Source: Eledone cirrhosa (taxonomy: Eukaryota). Taken from it: a stretch of 64,000 nucleotides of DNA. Shown here piece by piece: positions 41,901 through 54,910 of this stretch; the first letter of the stretch is position 1, and the number at the start of each line of letters is the position of its first letter. The notes under the pieces are model-generated. The model was not told the origin of the DNA. It worked only from the letters and a program-made list of their open reading frames with translations, and ran no database searches. The DNA is taken from NCBI GenBank assembly GCA_964016885.1, contig OZ024742.1:17422001-17486000 (forward strand), written 5' to 3'. The position numbers were made by a program, and so were the translations under genes.

Positions 41901-43995
41901 ACTGATCCTCCTGTTTTTCTTTAACTGATCCACCTGTATTTTATTTTAACTGATCCTCCAGTTTTTTTTTTTACTGATCCACCTGTATTTTATTTTAACT
42001 GATCCACCTGTGTTTTATTTTAACTGATCCACCTGTGTTTTATTTTAACTGATGCACCTGTATTTTATTTTAACTGATCCACCTGTATTTTATTTTAACT
42101 GATCCACCTGTATTTTATTTTAATTGATCCTCCTGTATTTTATTTTAACTGATCCACCTGTATTTTATTTTAACTGATCCACCTGTATTTTATTTTAACT
42201 GATCCACCTGTATTTTATCTTAACTGATCCACTTGTATTTTATTTTATCTGATCAACCTGTATTTTATTTTAATTGATCCACCTGTATTCTATTTTAACT
42301 GATCCACCTGTATTTTATTTTAATTGATCCACCTGTATTTTATTTTAACTGATCCACCTGTATTTTATTTTAACTGATCCTCCTGTTTTTTTTAACTGAT
42401 CCACCTATATTTTATTTTAATTGATCCACCTGTATTTTATTTTAACTGATCCTCCTGTGTTTTATTTTAACTGATCCTCCTGTATTTTATTTTAATTGAT
42501 CCACCTGTATTTTATTTTAACTGATCATCCTGTGTTTTATTTTAACTGATCCACCTGTATTTTATTTTAATTGATCCACCTGTATTTTATTTTAACTGAT
42601 CCCCCCGGATTTAATTTTAACTGATCCTCCTGTTTTTCTTTAACTGATCCACCTGTATTTTATTTTAACTGATCCACCTGTTTTTTTAACTGATCCACCT
42701 GTATTTTATTTTAATTGATCCACCTGTATGTTATTTTAACTGATCATCCTGTGTTTTATTTTAACTGATCCACCTGTATTTTATTTTAATTGATCCACCT
42801 GTATTTTATTTTAACTGATCCCCCCGGATTTAATTTTAACTGATCCTCCTGTTTTTCTTTAACTGATCCACCTGTGTTTTATTTTAACTGATCCTCCTGT
42901 TTTTTTTTAACTGATCCACCTGTATTTTATTTTAACTGATCCTCCTGTTTTTTTTAACTGATCCACCTGTATTTTATTTTAACTGATCCTCCTGTTTTTT
43001 TTAACTGATCCACCTGTATTTTATTTTAACTGATCCACCTGTATTTTATTTTAACTGATCCACCTGTGTTTTATTTTAACTGATCCACCTGTGTTTTATT
43101 TTAACTGATCCACATGTATTTTATTTTAACTGATCCACCTGTATTTTATTTTAACTGATCCACCTGTATTTTATTTTAATTGTTCCTCCTGTATTTTATT
43201 TTAACTGATCCACCTGTATTTTATTATAACTGATCCACCTGTATTTTATTTTAACTGATCCACCTGTATTTTATCTTAATTGATCCACCTGTATTTTATT
43301 TTATCTGATCCACCTGTATTTTATTTTAATTGATCCACCTGTATTCTATTTTAACTGATCCACCTGTATTTTATTTTAATTGATCCACCTGTATTTTATT
43401 TTAACTGATCCACCTGTATTTTATTTTAACTGATCCTCCTGTTTTTTTTTAACTGATCCACCTATATTTTATTTTAATTGATCCACCTGTATTTTATTTT
43501 AACTGATCCTCCTGTGTTTTATTTTAACTGATCCTCCTGTATTTTATTTTAGTTGATCCACCTGTATTTTATTTTAACTGATCATCCTGTGTTTTATTTT
43601 AACTGATCCACCTGTATTTTATTTTAATTGATCCACCTGTATTTTATTTTAACTGATCCACCCGTATTTAATTTTAACTGATCCTCCTGTTTTTCTTTAA
43701 CTGATCCACCTGTATTTTATTTTAACTGATCCTCCAGTTTTTTTTTAACTGATCCACCTGTATTTTATTTTAACTGATCCACCTGTATTTTATTTTAACT
43801 GATCCACCTGTGTTTTATTTTAACTCATCCTCCTGTGTTTATTTTAACTGATCCTCCTGTATTTTATTTTACTGATCCACCTGTGTTTTATTTTAACTGA
43901 TCCACCTGTGTTTTATTTTAACTGATCCACCTGTGTTTATTTTAATTAATCCTCCTGTATTTTCCTTTCACTGATCCGCCTGTACTTTATTTTAC
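38997..43995. repeat. 25-bp satellite of about 5 kb (about 200 copies) with higher-order structure
   Basis: Unit ACTGATCCACCTGTATTTTATTTTA; diagnostic variants recur every 718-721 bp. Confidence 0.97.
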
Positions 43996-44150
43996 CCAAA
44001 GCCACGAACCTTTCAGCATCCCTGTACACTTATTGCATAATCGACAAACTTACGCTAACAATAAAATAAAAACAGAGAATCGATATCAATAAATTGTATT
44101 CCAGGTCGATATGAAATGAAATTATTGAGCATATAATCAAACATCGATAA

Positions 44151-44192
<42 letters not shown>

Positions 44193-44194
<2 letters not shown>

Positions 44195-44391
44195 CGAAGG
44201 AAGTGTGGTAAGGAACCAGATAGACCATAACGCACCAGAGTACTCAATACTTATGGCAACAGAGTGGGTAATAGGAAAATGTATAACCCCGATGGTAGAG
44301 CTCAAGCCGTTTTGACGGCTATTTCTGGACGGAAATAGCCGTCGAAACGGCTTGAGCTCTGCCGTCGGGGTTATACATTTTCCTATTACCC

Positions 44392-44392
<1 letters not shown>
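44193..44392 (-). mobile_element. short fold-back element in (TA)n (second copy)
   Basis: Palindrome 44265-44392; the tail is homologous to 26050-26128. Confidence 0.85.
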
Positions 44393-44456
<64 letters not shown>

Positions 44457-44914
44457 TGTGTGTATGTATATATATATATATATATATAATTGTTTATGAC
44501 GAAATTCCAAATTAAATTCTCTAAAACCAATATCAACAATAAAATGCTATGAAATTACAGCTAAAATATGTTATTGATTACAACTGAACTTAACCCTAAG
44601 ATAAATTCATTTCCCATAGTATTCTCAATATACAATATCTTATATTAATATTTAAATATGTTTCTACTCTATACTTCTTTGACCTTCCATTCACTATATT
44701 ACAAGAAACTAAAGAAATATGAGACATCCTAGAGTAATTTTAGTTAGTTACAAACACAAAATGTATGTTGACCTTATCTTTATTAATTGGACAGATAATG
44801 AAATGATGAACTGTTAAAAAAAATGTCCGCACTTCTTAAAATAGTTACTTCCACCATTACACGATATTGTGGAAGTACATTACAGAGATCCGATGAAACT
44901 TTAACATTTCATTA

Positions 44915-45085
44915 TTTTGGCATATAGTTACGTCCCTTTAAGTTCTGAGTTCAAATCCCCGTCGAGGTTAGCTTTGCTTTTCATCCTTACAGAGTTGATG
45001 AAATGTAGTACCAGTAATGCACTGGGTCGATTTATTCGACTTTTGCCTCCCCAGAAATTGTTGATCTTGCGCCTAAATCAAGAAT
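44915..45085 (+). mobile_element. family A-related SINE
   Basis: GTTACGTCCCTTTA..TCTGAGTTCAAATCCCCGTCGAGGTTAGCTTTGC. Confidence 0.75.
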
Positions 45086-45364
45086 CACTGTTTGTTAACA
45101 ATAGCACGGTGAATTGACAGACTCGGTAGAGCATCAGGCAATAGTCTTTGCAGAAGAGGTTAAAAGGTGTTTGTTGTCTTGTCACGTTCATTTTCTTCCT
45201 TTATTTCTTTCTTCCTATCACTTAACGGCATTTTGCAGTTTTAACTACTATTCTTACGTTGGGCTTTTCTCATAATTCTACAAATTCTCATACACTCACG
45301 CTTCACATCGATCTTCCAATTCCAACCCGCCCGTCCCCTCAATCTATCTTATTTCTCATTCTTT

Positions 45365-45398
45365 CTTCTGAAGAAGGACTAATGTCCGAAACGTTACA
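45365..45398 (+). ncRNA. minimal hammerhead motif (PLE pLTR type)
   Basis: CTGAAGA-a-GGAC taat GTCC-GAAACGTT, with a palindromic stem III. Confidence 0.6.
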
Positions 45399-45517
45399 AC
45401 CCTCTTCCTGCTATATCAAGCGTTAACCTAATATATCCCTTCCATATACTGTACCAATCGTGTTGTTATTTCTGTTTACCTTTTACATACATACACACAC
45501 ACACACACACATACATA

Positions 45518-45609
<92 letters not shown>

Positions 45610-45954
45610 GATAGATAGATTGAAGGAACCCAAAGCGAATAACTATATGTCTACTCTGGGAATTTACTTAACATTACCTATTGAGTACGCTGAAATGCAA
45701 CGAGTACTAGCAGTGAAACCCATGCTAGTCTCATCAAATTATTATTAATAGAACAGTTACCGGTGGCGTGCTATTAGAAGAACTCGATGTTGTTTAGATA
45801 TGTCTTTGCATATATAAGCTCGCATATCTGATGAGATGTCGAAAAAAGTCGGAGCCCCGTCACCTTGATTGTACCCTGAACTGATCAATATTGAAACAAA
45901 TGTAATATGCAAATAAAGTTTGTACATATGATGCAACACTGACTTTGACTCTTT

Positions 45955-46014
<60 letters not shown>

Positions 46015-46018
46015 AATA

Positions 46019-46235
46019 TGATGGCTGCCCCCTCGTTATTGAGTATGGCAATTGCACGATATACCATTATTAATAATATTAATTAATTCTATCGTGCAAT
46101 GCCTGTGCGTGAAGATAATTTTTAAAGTGAGGAAAGACTGTGCACTGAGCCAATCCCAATCTCTGAGCGACATTAGCTATAACTCGAAAAGAAGAAAAGA
46201 TCAACATCATCGGTAACTACTGAGCCACAAGTTTT
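46019..46235 (-). mobile_element. RTE-tailed non-autonomous element (copy B, partial)
   Basis: High identity to 16208-16275 plus 16450-16590. Confidence 0.75.
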
Positions 46236-46352
46236 ATATATATATATACATACATATATACATACATATATATGTACATACATATATACATACATATATC
46301 TATATACATGTATACATACATATATATATACATATGTATATACATACATACA

Positions 46353-46962
46353 TGGTGGCTGCCAACTTGTTTTCGAGTACGGCCACTACTTTATATCCAT
46401 GTAGGAGAACCCCTACCGATGCGCTGAACGAGTGTGACTTTTTAGTCCAGCCAGCGACTTGAAAACTCTGGTACAAACACTACACTTGTGACAATTATTG
46501 ACACATAGTGCTGGGCCCATGGTACCATGTGACGACAAGTGCAGAGAGGTCTCCAGATATAAAGCAATGCCTGTGCCGTGAAGCTTTTATAGTGAGCAAA
46601 GGCACTGCACAAAGCCAGTCCCACTCTCTTAACCAAGATGATATTTACCAAAAAGAAGAACAAGTCAACATCATTGGATACGATCAGGGTTGCAGGTGTT
46701 ATATCAGAGTTTTCCTTCTCCTAGAATTCTGGCTTGACAAAGGCTAAGGGATCATCTCTCCCGGTGATTTTGGATGGACATTGACTCTTAAGAGCTCCTT
46801 TGCCTTTTGACAGGTTTTGGTTTTAGTCCTGCAGGATGTCCAAAGTCACCCTCCTCACCAAGAAACCTTAGTGGGGTTGCCAGTTTAGTCGCCAACGACC
46901 CGACCATGAGACAGGTTGTACTGGGATACATGTTACCAGTAGCACCAACTGGTGACCTGACA
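46353..46962 (-). mobile_element. RTE-tailed non-autonomous element (copy C)
   Basis: Near-identical reverse complement of 55238-55801; related to copy A. Confidence 0.8.
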
Positions 46963-47012
46963 TACATACATAAATATATACATGCATATATATATATATA
47001 TACAAACATATA

Positions 47013-47081
<69 letters not shown>

Positions 47082-47336
47082 GAATAATCGAGTATCGGAA
47101 AATCAGCTCACGAATTAACGATAAACAATATCCGATATGAGTGGCAGAGGGCTCAATAATTTGGATAAATCAGAGCTATAACCATCGTTAAATTACCAAC
47201 ATATAGAGATTATGCCTAAAATCACCCGTACAGCCGAAAAAGAACGACCAAGAAGATTCGGGTCACTCAAATAAAATATCAATAAATCAATAATTTAAAT
47301 GAATGTATATATATATATATAATACTTTCCCATACC

Positions 47337-48407
47337 ACCATAGGCCATAACTTAGATAGATTAAGGAAAGACTTAATAAAAACCTTCGCTAGTTTTAATC
47401 TTAAAATTACTATTGACACTAACCTTTCCAATGTAGATTTCCTAGATATAAACCTAGATTTGCCTACTGCTTCTTATAAACCATACCATAAACCTAATGA
47501 AAACTTAAAATATATAAATAAAGGCTCTTGCCATCCTCCTATAGTTTTTAAAAACCTTATCCCTAATATTAGCCGTAGGATCTCCACCCTCTCTTCCTCA
47601 GAAGCTATTTTTAATAAGGCATCCCCCTACTATAATAAAGCCCTCCAAAATAGCCGTTTTAGCGAACCGATTAAATACATACCCAACTATACTAATTCTA
47701 TTAAACATAAAAACAGGAAAAGAAAAATAATCTGGTTCACACCCGCCTACTCTCTAGCAGTTAAAACTAATGTAGGCAAAAAATTCCTAGAGCTCCTAGA
47801 TAAACATTTCCCTAGAACACATAGATACTATAATATCTTTAATAGAAACTGTGTCAAAATTAGCTATTCCTCCGGTCCCCCTATTAAGTCCTATATAATC
47901 AACAATAAATCACCTAGAGAACATCAAAATTGCTCCTGTAGAATCAAAAGTGAATGCCCATTACAAGGTAAATGCAATACCAAAGCCATTGTATATGCGG
48001 CTAAAATGACAACCATCAGCAACAACCACCCAGCCACCAGTGAACGATATGTGGGTATGACGCAAGACAAATTCAAAACGCGTTATTACTCACATGTCGC
48101 ATCCTTTCGACATCCAGAAAAAAGATTTACAACAGCTCTGGCTAGCAGAATATGGGATTTGAAAGACCAAGGTATCCAATATAAATTGGATTGGTCAATT
48201 TTGAACCAATCTAAAGAATATGCAAGAGGAACAAGAAAATGCACGCTCTGCATAAATGAAAAATATTGGATCTTGCAAAATCTTAAATCACCAAAGACCT
48301 GCCTGAACACAAAGACGGAAATTTTCACCAGTTGCCCACACATGAAATCACACCTGCTTTCCAGCTCATATAAACTTAACACACTTTCAGATACTTATCC
48401 TCCATAA
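47337..48407 (+). pseudogene. PLE RT thumb plus GIY-YIG (open frame, lacks the RT core)
   Basis: NVDFLDINLDL, YKPYHKP, SCHPP, RKIIWF, NCSCRIKSECPLQGKC, AIVY...YVGMT...FKTRYYSH, CTLCINEK, SCPH. Confidence 0.88.
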
Positions 48408-48478
48408 ACTTTTATTATTCTCTTTATAACTACCCTTTCTGATTTACTTTCATTTTTATCCTTATTATTAATTTCATT

Positions 48479-48975
48479 TTTATTTTTATTTTTATTTTTA
48501 TTTTTATTTTTATTTTTATTTTTATTTTTATTTTTATTTTTATTTTTATTTTTATTTTTATTTTTATTTTTATTTTTATTTTTATTTTTATTTTTATTTT
48601 TATTTTTATTTTTATTTTTATTTTTATTTTTATTTTTATTTTTATTTTTATTTTTATTTTTATTTTTATTTTTATTTTTATTTTTATTTTTATTTTTATT
48701 TTTATTTTTATTTTTATTTTTATTTTTATTTTTATTTTTATTTTTATTTTTATTTTTATTTTTATTTTTATTTTTATTTTTATTTTTATTTTTATTTTTA
48801 TTTTTATTTTTATTTTTATTTTTATTTTTATTTTTATTTTTATTTTTATTTTTATTTTTATTTTTATTTTTATTTTTATTTTTATTTTTATTTTTATTTT
48901 TATTTTTATTTTTATTTTTATTTTTATTTTTATTTTTATTTTTATTTTTATTTTTATTTTTATTTTTATTTTTAT
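48479..48975. repeat. (TTTTTA)n hexamer tract of about 500 bp
   Basis: Near-perfect repeat; source of the poly-IK ORF. Confidence 0.98.
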
Positions 48976-50240
48976 TATTACCTCACATCCACCAATAACC
49001 CCCCCCCCCACACTTTATTCTCCGATTCACTTACCACTTACCTAATATCTTCACTTTCCACTTTTTACTTCCCTATTTTCTTCACTAACTGATTAGACAG
49101 TTCACTTGCGTTTTCCACTCCAGATATTTTTTATTTTTATTTTTTAATTTTATTTTTTCGCAGCCAATCTTATAATTTTATATTTGTACTTACTTATCCA
49201 CAATTTTGTTTACACCCTGTATCTATGTGTCTGAACGCCTTAATGTGTGTATACTTTCTATATATGTACACGAGCGCCTCCGTATGTGCGCGCGCGTTCC
49301 ATGTATATGTATATATTTATATATATGTGTATGTATATGTGTCTTTATATCCGTGTTTTTACATCTATGTTTTTTGTTTTGTTTTTTCTTCTTCCTTTTT
49401 TTTTACATCCTCATTTTTATGCGTGTGCATGCAAACAGGTCAATATGCGTGAGTGTATGTATGTGTGTGGGTGTGTGTGTGTGTACGTACCGAATGTATG
49501 GATGTGTAAGTGTGCGTGTGTATATAAACGTATATTTTTGTGTGTGTGTGTGTGTGCGAGTGTGTATACAGTCGCGTGCGTGCGCGTGATTAGATATACA
49601 TGGGGCGAGGCGTATATGCGTATATATGTGCATCCTGTGTGTGTAGATATGCTTGCATACGCTTTTGTCTGCACGTGATTTGCATGTATATATATATATT
49701 CCTTATAGATATACGTTTCTTGTAGATATACGTGTGTGTGTGCGCGTGTACCTTGTTTATCTTCTTTTCTTTAATTTTTTCTTTCTAAATTATTGTTCCA
49801 TTTTTATAAATATATTGAGAATGATACTTTCTTTTAATTATTACACTCCCTTACCTCTTTTACTTCCGCATATAAGTGTACGTGCGTGTGGGTGTGTTTA
49901 TACGCGTGCCTTCATATTCTTATAATGTATCTATTACCCTATTTCTGTGTACCTGCCAAACAGAAAACCACATCATGTCTGTCTGTAGTTGACAGATACA
50001 CAGATACACGTGCCCTGACACACATATATGTATGCACACTTTTTCACTATACGTATACATTTGTACATACTCATATATGTACATCTGTGAGCGTATATAC
50101 ATACATATACACACACCTAACTATATTTTTTGTAAGATTTTTATATATTTCATATGGCTATTGTAATTCATTTGTCTATATTTATATAATTTTTTTTGCT
50201 TTTCTTGATGAGACTTTCCAAGTATTTAGCCATGTTTTAT

Positions 50241-50318
50241 ATTGCCTCGTCTGACGAACGAATGAAGACGTTTCTTTCGTATTCGCCTCATTCGGGAAAC
50301 CTCTGGTAATGAGGTAAT
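50241..50318 (+). ncRNA. type I hammerhead ribozyme
   Basis: Stem I ATTGCCTCGT/ATGAGGTAAT, CTGACGA, stem II CGAATGA/TCATTCG, GAAA, stem III ACC-tct-GGT; predicted cleavage after GTA (50308). Confidence 0.85.
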
Positions 50319-50479
50319 TATATTGTATTGATTTTTATACATTAAATTTTGCTCTGGTACTTACATAGAGCACTCTTCACTTCTATGACCTTTTCTGTTT
50401 TCAACGGAAATTTCAATACATATATATATATATATATTTATATATATATGAATGTTTGTATTTATATATATATATATAT

Positions 50480-50977
50480 ATTAAGTATAGGATTACCCTG
50501 GATGCAGTAATGGTTAATTACTACACTGGATAGAGTTGACGTACGGTGAGGGGTTACTCAACGAGTTATGGAAGAATAGTTGAAATATTCCGGAGTGTAG
50601 ATAAAGAATGAATAATAACAGGTAGACATCATAAAAAGGTAATTTATTATGTGTGCTTACAAATGTTTCCACGGTGGTTATACAGCCTAGTTATGCTCTG
50701 TGCGAATTAGTAACTATTTGCAAAACTCAATTATCAAATGCTGTGGCCACTGTATCCTCAGAGCAGAATGGTTAAAATGTAAAATGATTTACATTTTACA
50801 TTTTAACCATTCTGCTCTGAGGATACAATGGTCACAGCATTTAATAATTGAGTTTTGCAAATAGTTATAAATTCGCACATAGCATAACTAGGCTGTATAA
50901 CCACCGTGGAAACATGTGTAAGCACACAAAATAAATTACCTTTTTATGATGTCTACCTGTTATTATTCATTCTTTAT

Positions 50978-50980
<3 letters not shown>
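50480..50980. mobile_element. 377-bp palindrome with a hammerhead in each arm
   Basis: Arms 50601-50786 and 50792-50977 with a 5-nt loop; the left arm has an extra tail to about 50480. Confidence 0.88.
50813..50924 (+). ncRNA. type I hammerhead with extended stem II (mirror at 50654-50765, minus)
   Basis: TGCT-CTGAGGA-[about 85-nt stem II region]-GAAAC-atgt-GTA-AGCA. Confidence 0.7.
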
Positions 50981-51019
<39 letters not shown>

Positions 51020-51029
51020 ATACAGAATG

Positions 51030-51078
<49 letters not shown>

Positions 51079-51088
51079 ATACAGAATG

Positions 51089-51168
<80 letters not shown>

Positions 51169-51679
51169 TATTGTATATAGATATCTCTTTTGCTTAATAT
51201 TACTTTTAATTCATTTATGTCCTCGTGTATGCATGTGTGCATTATATTGTCAACCGATATAAATCAATATATACCCGTTATAACTTGATATGGTTGATAC
51301 GATGATTGGCTTTATGCTATAGCTTGATGATGAAAACTATTAATAACATATTTTTCTCACTGTCACCATTAACTCGATCGAGGATTATTATATGGTAACT
51401 TTATTTCATGTGATTTTCTAAAGTCTCATTATAATTACTTATAAATTTACCTTTGATCTAGTTTAAACAGCTAACTATGTGATTGGCATGGCAGGATTTG
51501 TTTTAAAAAACCAATGTTTGAAACATTTTTACTTTGAAAACGAAGCTCTGAGCTTCAATTATATTATGAAATACAGATAAACTATCAGCTTTAATGTATC
51601 TCTTAAATATTATTCTTATCTTTGAAAACATTATATGAGAGAAAATTAGATGTACTGAGGTTAATACCTATATCAATAA

Positions 51680-52268
51680 TGTAGGCGCGACTCCTGTGCG
51701 AGAGAGCGAAAGACGTGTGCATCGTGTGTGCGTACAGATTGTTAGAAATGAGTAGCAAAAGGTGTTGCAATCTTTTTTATAGGATTTCTTTTCAGGAAGA
51801 GCTATGCCCATCGTTTTTGCATACTCTCCGAAAATAGTGAGATTAATGACTTTCACTTTTCTCCTGAATATTTGCAGGTAGACAGTGGCGAGAAAAACAA
51901 ATGCAAGGAGATAATCCCAATGGTTAGATTCCATGGGGATTAAGGACGAGGAATAATCCTGAGTGTGAGGTCTGGAAGGGTGGGCATAATCTGGCTGATG
52001 GTAAAAGGAGAGCTGAATGACTCTGGAGTATCTGAATGGAACTGAACTGAAAGTACACGTCTTTGTATAACTGAAGCCACTGTAGAAAAGGTTGAGAGGA
52101 GCATGACAGCTCGTCACGTGTGGATTAGAGGCTGGAGTGTGTTTGTGACCTTATACCAGTAAAAGATAAAGAGAAAAGATGAGTATATGTATAAGAGACC
52201 GGGAGAAAGCTGCACCCATCTTTGTTATTAGTTGCTGTGTGTTGTGAGAACTTTGCTGACCTTCAACA
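51680..52268 (+). mobile_element. candidate solo LTR
   Basis: TGTAG...CAACA, a 589-bp island of higher GC; flanks AATAA/AATAC (imperfect 5-bp TSD). Confidence 0.4.
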
Positions 52269-53029
52269 AATACTATACCGATTTAGAGGTGTGAGCAATA
52301 TTTTAATGTGGGCCGTACTTGGCTTTTTTATTGGGTCCGCAAATGGCGCTATTTGAAGATACCTATTTGAAACAGTTTTCAAATTCCTTCTTAATGTAAT
52401 TCATGCAAATATTGCCGGAGGTTTATAACCTGTTTCTAAAGTTTTTATAGGTGTGTGTATGGGTAGGGGGCATTAGCATTAAGTAAAATCCTAAAGATCA
52501 TTAATATATATAAATAAGTGTATGGGAAACAGAATCAAACCATAGGTACACCAGAATTGATATTATAAGGAAGACGAAGAGAGCCCCAATAATAGATACT
52601 GTGATGGAAACGGTTAACTGGATACTTCTGATTCAAGATGGAAAATACAGAGGAATCTCATAAGTGTTTAAAAAACTATTACGTATACCCTATAAAGAGC
52701 GAAGGAATTATGACTAAGACGTTTTGTGCAGTCGATTTCATGCCGTTGTTTATTGACTGCTTCCATGAAAAGAGACCTCGGACACACCAATGGGATTTTC
52801 TTTTTTGATATTACAAAAATACAAATATTACATATAACAAGAGAACGTTCTTTTTTCCCAGCCACCAAGTTACAGGCAACACATAACTAAAACCTTCAAT
52901 CCTGGAACAAATGAGGGTTTACATTTGACTGGAATTTTCCTGGCCTTCTCACTTCCACCACATAGCAAACACAGCAGCCAGCCCAAAGACTGTATTTATG
53001 TTTAGAGCTAGTAAATATTAAATATGGGG

Positions 53030-53340
53030 TTTGCACCTAGAAAGTTCCCCTCTGAGGCACCATTCCGGGCAAGGTAATTTGTGAAAGACCAGCAGTCACC
53101 CAGGCATACCGGTCTCCCCTCTCCATGCCACCGATGTTGTCCAAGGGAAAGGCTATGGCCGATACAGCTTGGCACCAGTGACGTCGCAACTCATTTCTAC
53201 TCATTTCTACAGCTGAGTGAACTGGAGCAACGTGAAATAAAGCTCCTTGCTCAAGAATTCAACGCAAAGCCCGGTCTGAGAATCGAACTCACAACCTCAT
53301 GATTGTAAGTCCGGCACTCTAACCACTAATCCATGCGCCT
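53030..53340 (-). mobile_element. SINE family B
   Basis: Reverse-complement homolog of 25385-25680. Confidence 0.8.
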
Positions 53341-54378
53341 ATTACAGCTCTCAATAATTGCTAACTGGCTCAATGCTCAATTGAGACACAAAATGATGTG
53401 CTGTGCCACATCAGGGTCGTTACTGCTTCACACGGAAACCCGAGAACGGATTTATACAAAGAGGTCACTCGATTAATTAACGTAGACTTGCTAATTAACA
53501 CCCTCCACCCTCATTAACACCCCACCTCACCCTAACCTCATTAACACCCTCCAGCCTCTTGTTTATAGAGGTGCTGTCATATTGCTTTGTCTTTTTTCTA
53601 CCTCTACCTATCATTCATTGCATCTGCACCATTCCTAGCGCCCACATAAACCTCCATATCTATACAGTATTCCTCTAAAGATCAACAAAGTTACCCCTAC
53701 CTACATATTCTCCGAAAGTCGTTTGATTATAGTTATAATAATAATGAACATTATTGTGTACAGTGCTCAGGTGCATGACACTTGATCAAGAATATCAACC
53801 ACATTAACATCATTTGTTGAAGCCCTTGCAAAAGACATGAGCACGGCTTCTTCCTACAGAACAAATGGTTAAAAGTAAAACGGATTATATTAAGTAAATC
53901 GTACTGAAGAAATAATTAACTACGTTTTCATTGACAGTTTAAAGCTCTTTTAAATGTATAAGATTCCTCAGTTTATTGCTTGATAGAACGCTAAACAGTT
54001 GTGGCTGAATGTTTGCACGTTTATTAATGTTTTCTAAAGCTACAAAATTTAAATAAAACTATTGTTAGCATTGAAATGACTGCGTTAAAAACAATTTCTG
54101 AATGAATGCTTCTCAAATAAACAATTTATTAGTTGATTATATGCATGAATAAAAATGTATTGTTTGGATGGGTTTGAACGCATACGTTTTGTTCTTTCAT
54201 TATCTGGTTCAAATTGTTGACACGAAATTAGTACATGTATTTAATATCGGCTTCATATAGTTTATACGTGTATGGATTTACATATGCACACAGAGTGTAT
54301 ATATATATATGTATGAAGGTTTATGTGAATGTACATAAATGTATACATATACACGTATTGCATGTTTGTTTATGTTTG

Positions 54379-54465
<87 letters not shown>

Positions 54466-54629
54466 TATAGATATTTATATACGCATTTAAATCCTCCTGC
54501 AATTGGAATTATGTTTCCCTTCTTGAATCTGTTGAAATGTTCACTTCACTAATCACAGTAGTGTCGAAATATTGCCGCTTTTCAATACTGTAATTATATA
54601 TAATTATTGTTAGAAAAAGATTATATATA

Positions 54630-54786
<157 letters not shown>

Positions 54787-54841
54787 ATATATATATATGT
54801 GTGTGTGTATATATATATATATGTGTGTGTGTATATATATA

Positions 54842-54909
<68 letters not shown>

Positions 54910-54910
54910 C

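Larger units (their letters stand above)
47325..50420 (+). mobile_element. 5'-truncated Penelope-like element (Naiad-like) with long 3' region and hammerhead
   Basis: RT C-terminus plus GIY-YIG ORF, microsatellite-rich UTR, hammerhead at 50241-50318, (TA)n flanks. Confidence 0.85.

Noticed and set aside
38997-43995. CRISPR-like regular short repeats
   Set aside because: Head-to-tail 25-mers with no unique spacers and no cas genes, in a eukaryotic context.
48430-49011. Poly-IK ORF and the many poly-IY/HT/CV ORFs
   Set aside because: Microsatellite translations.
47337-50420. Selenocysteine-recoded Naiad element
   Set aside because: No in-frame TGA in the visible ORF and no SECIS recognised.
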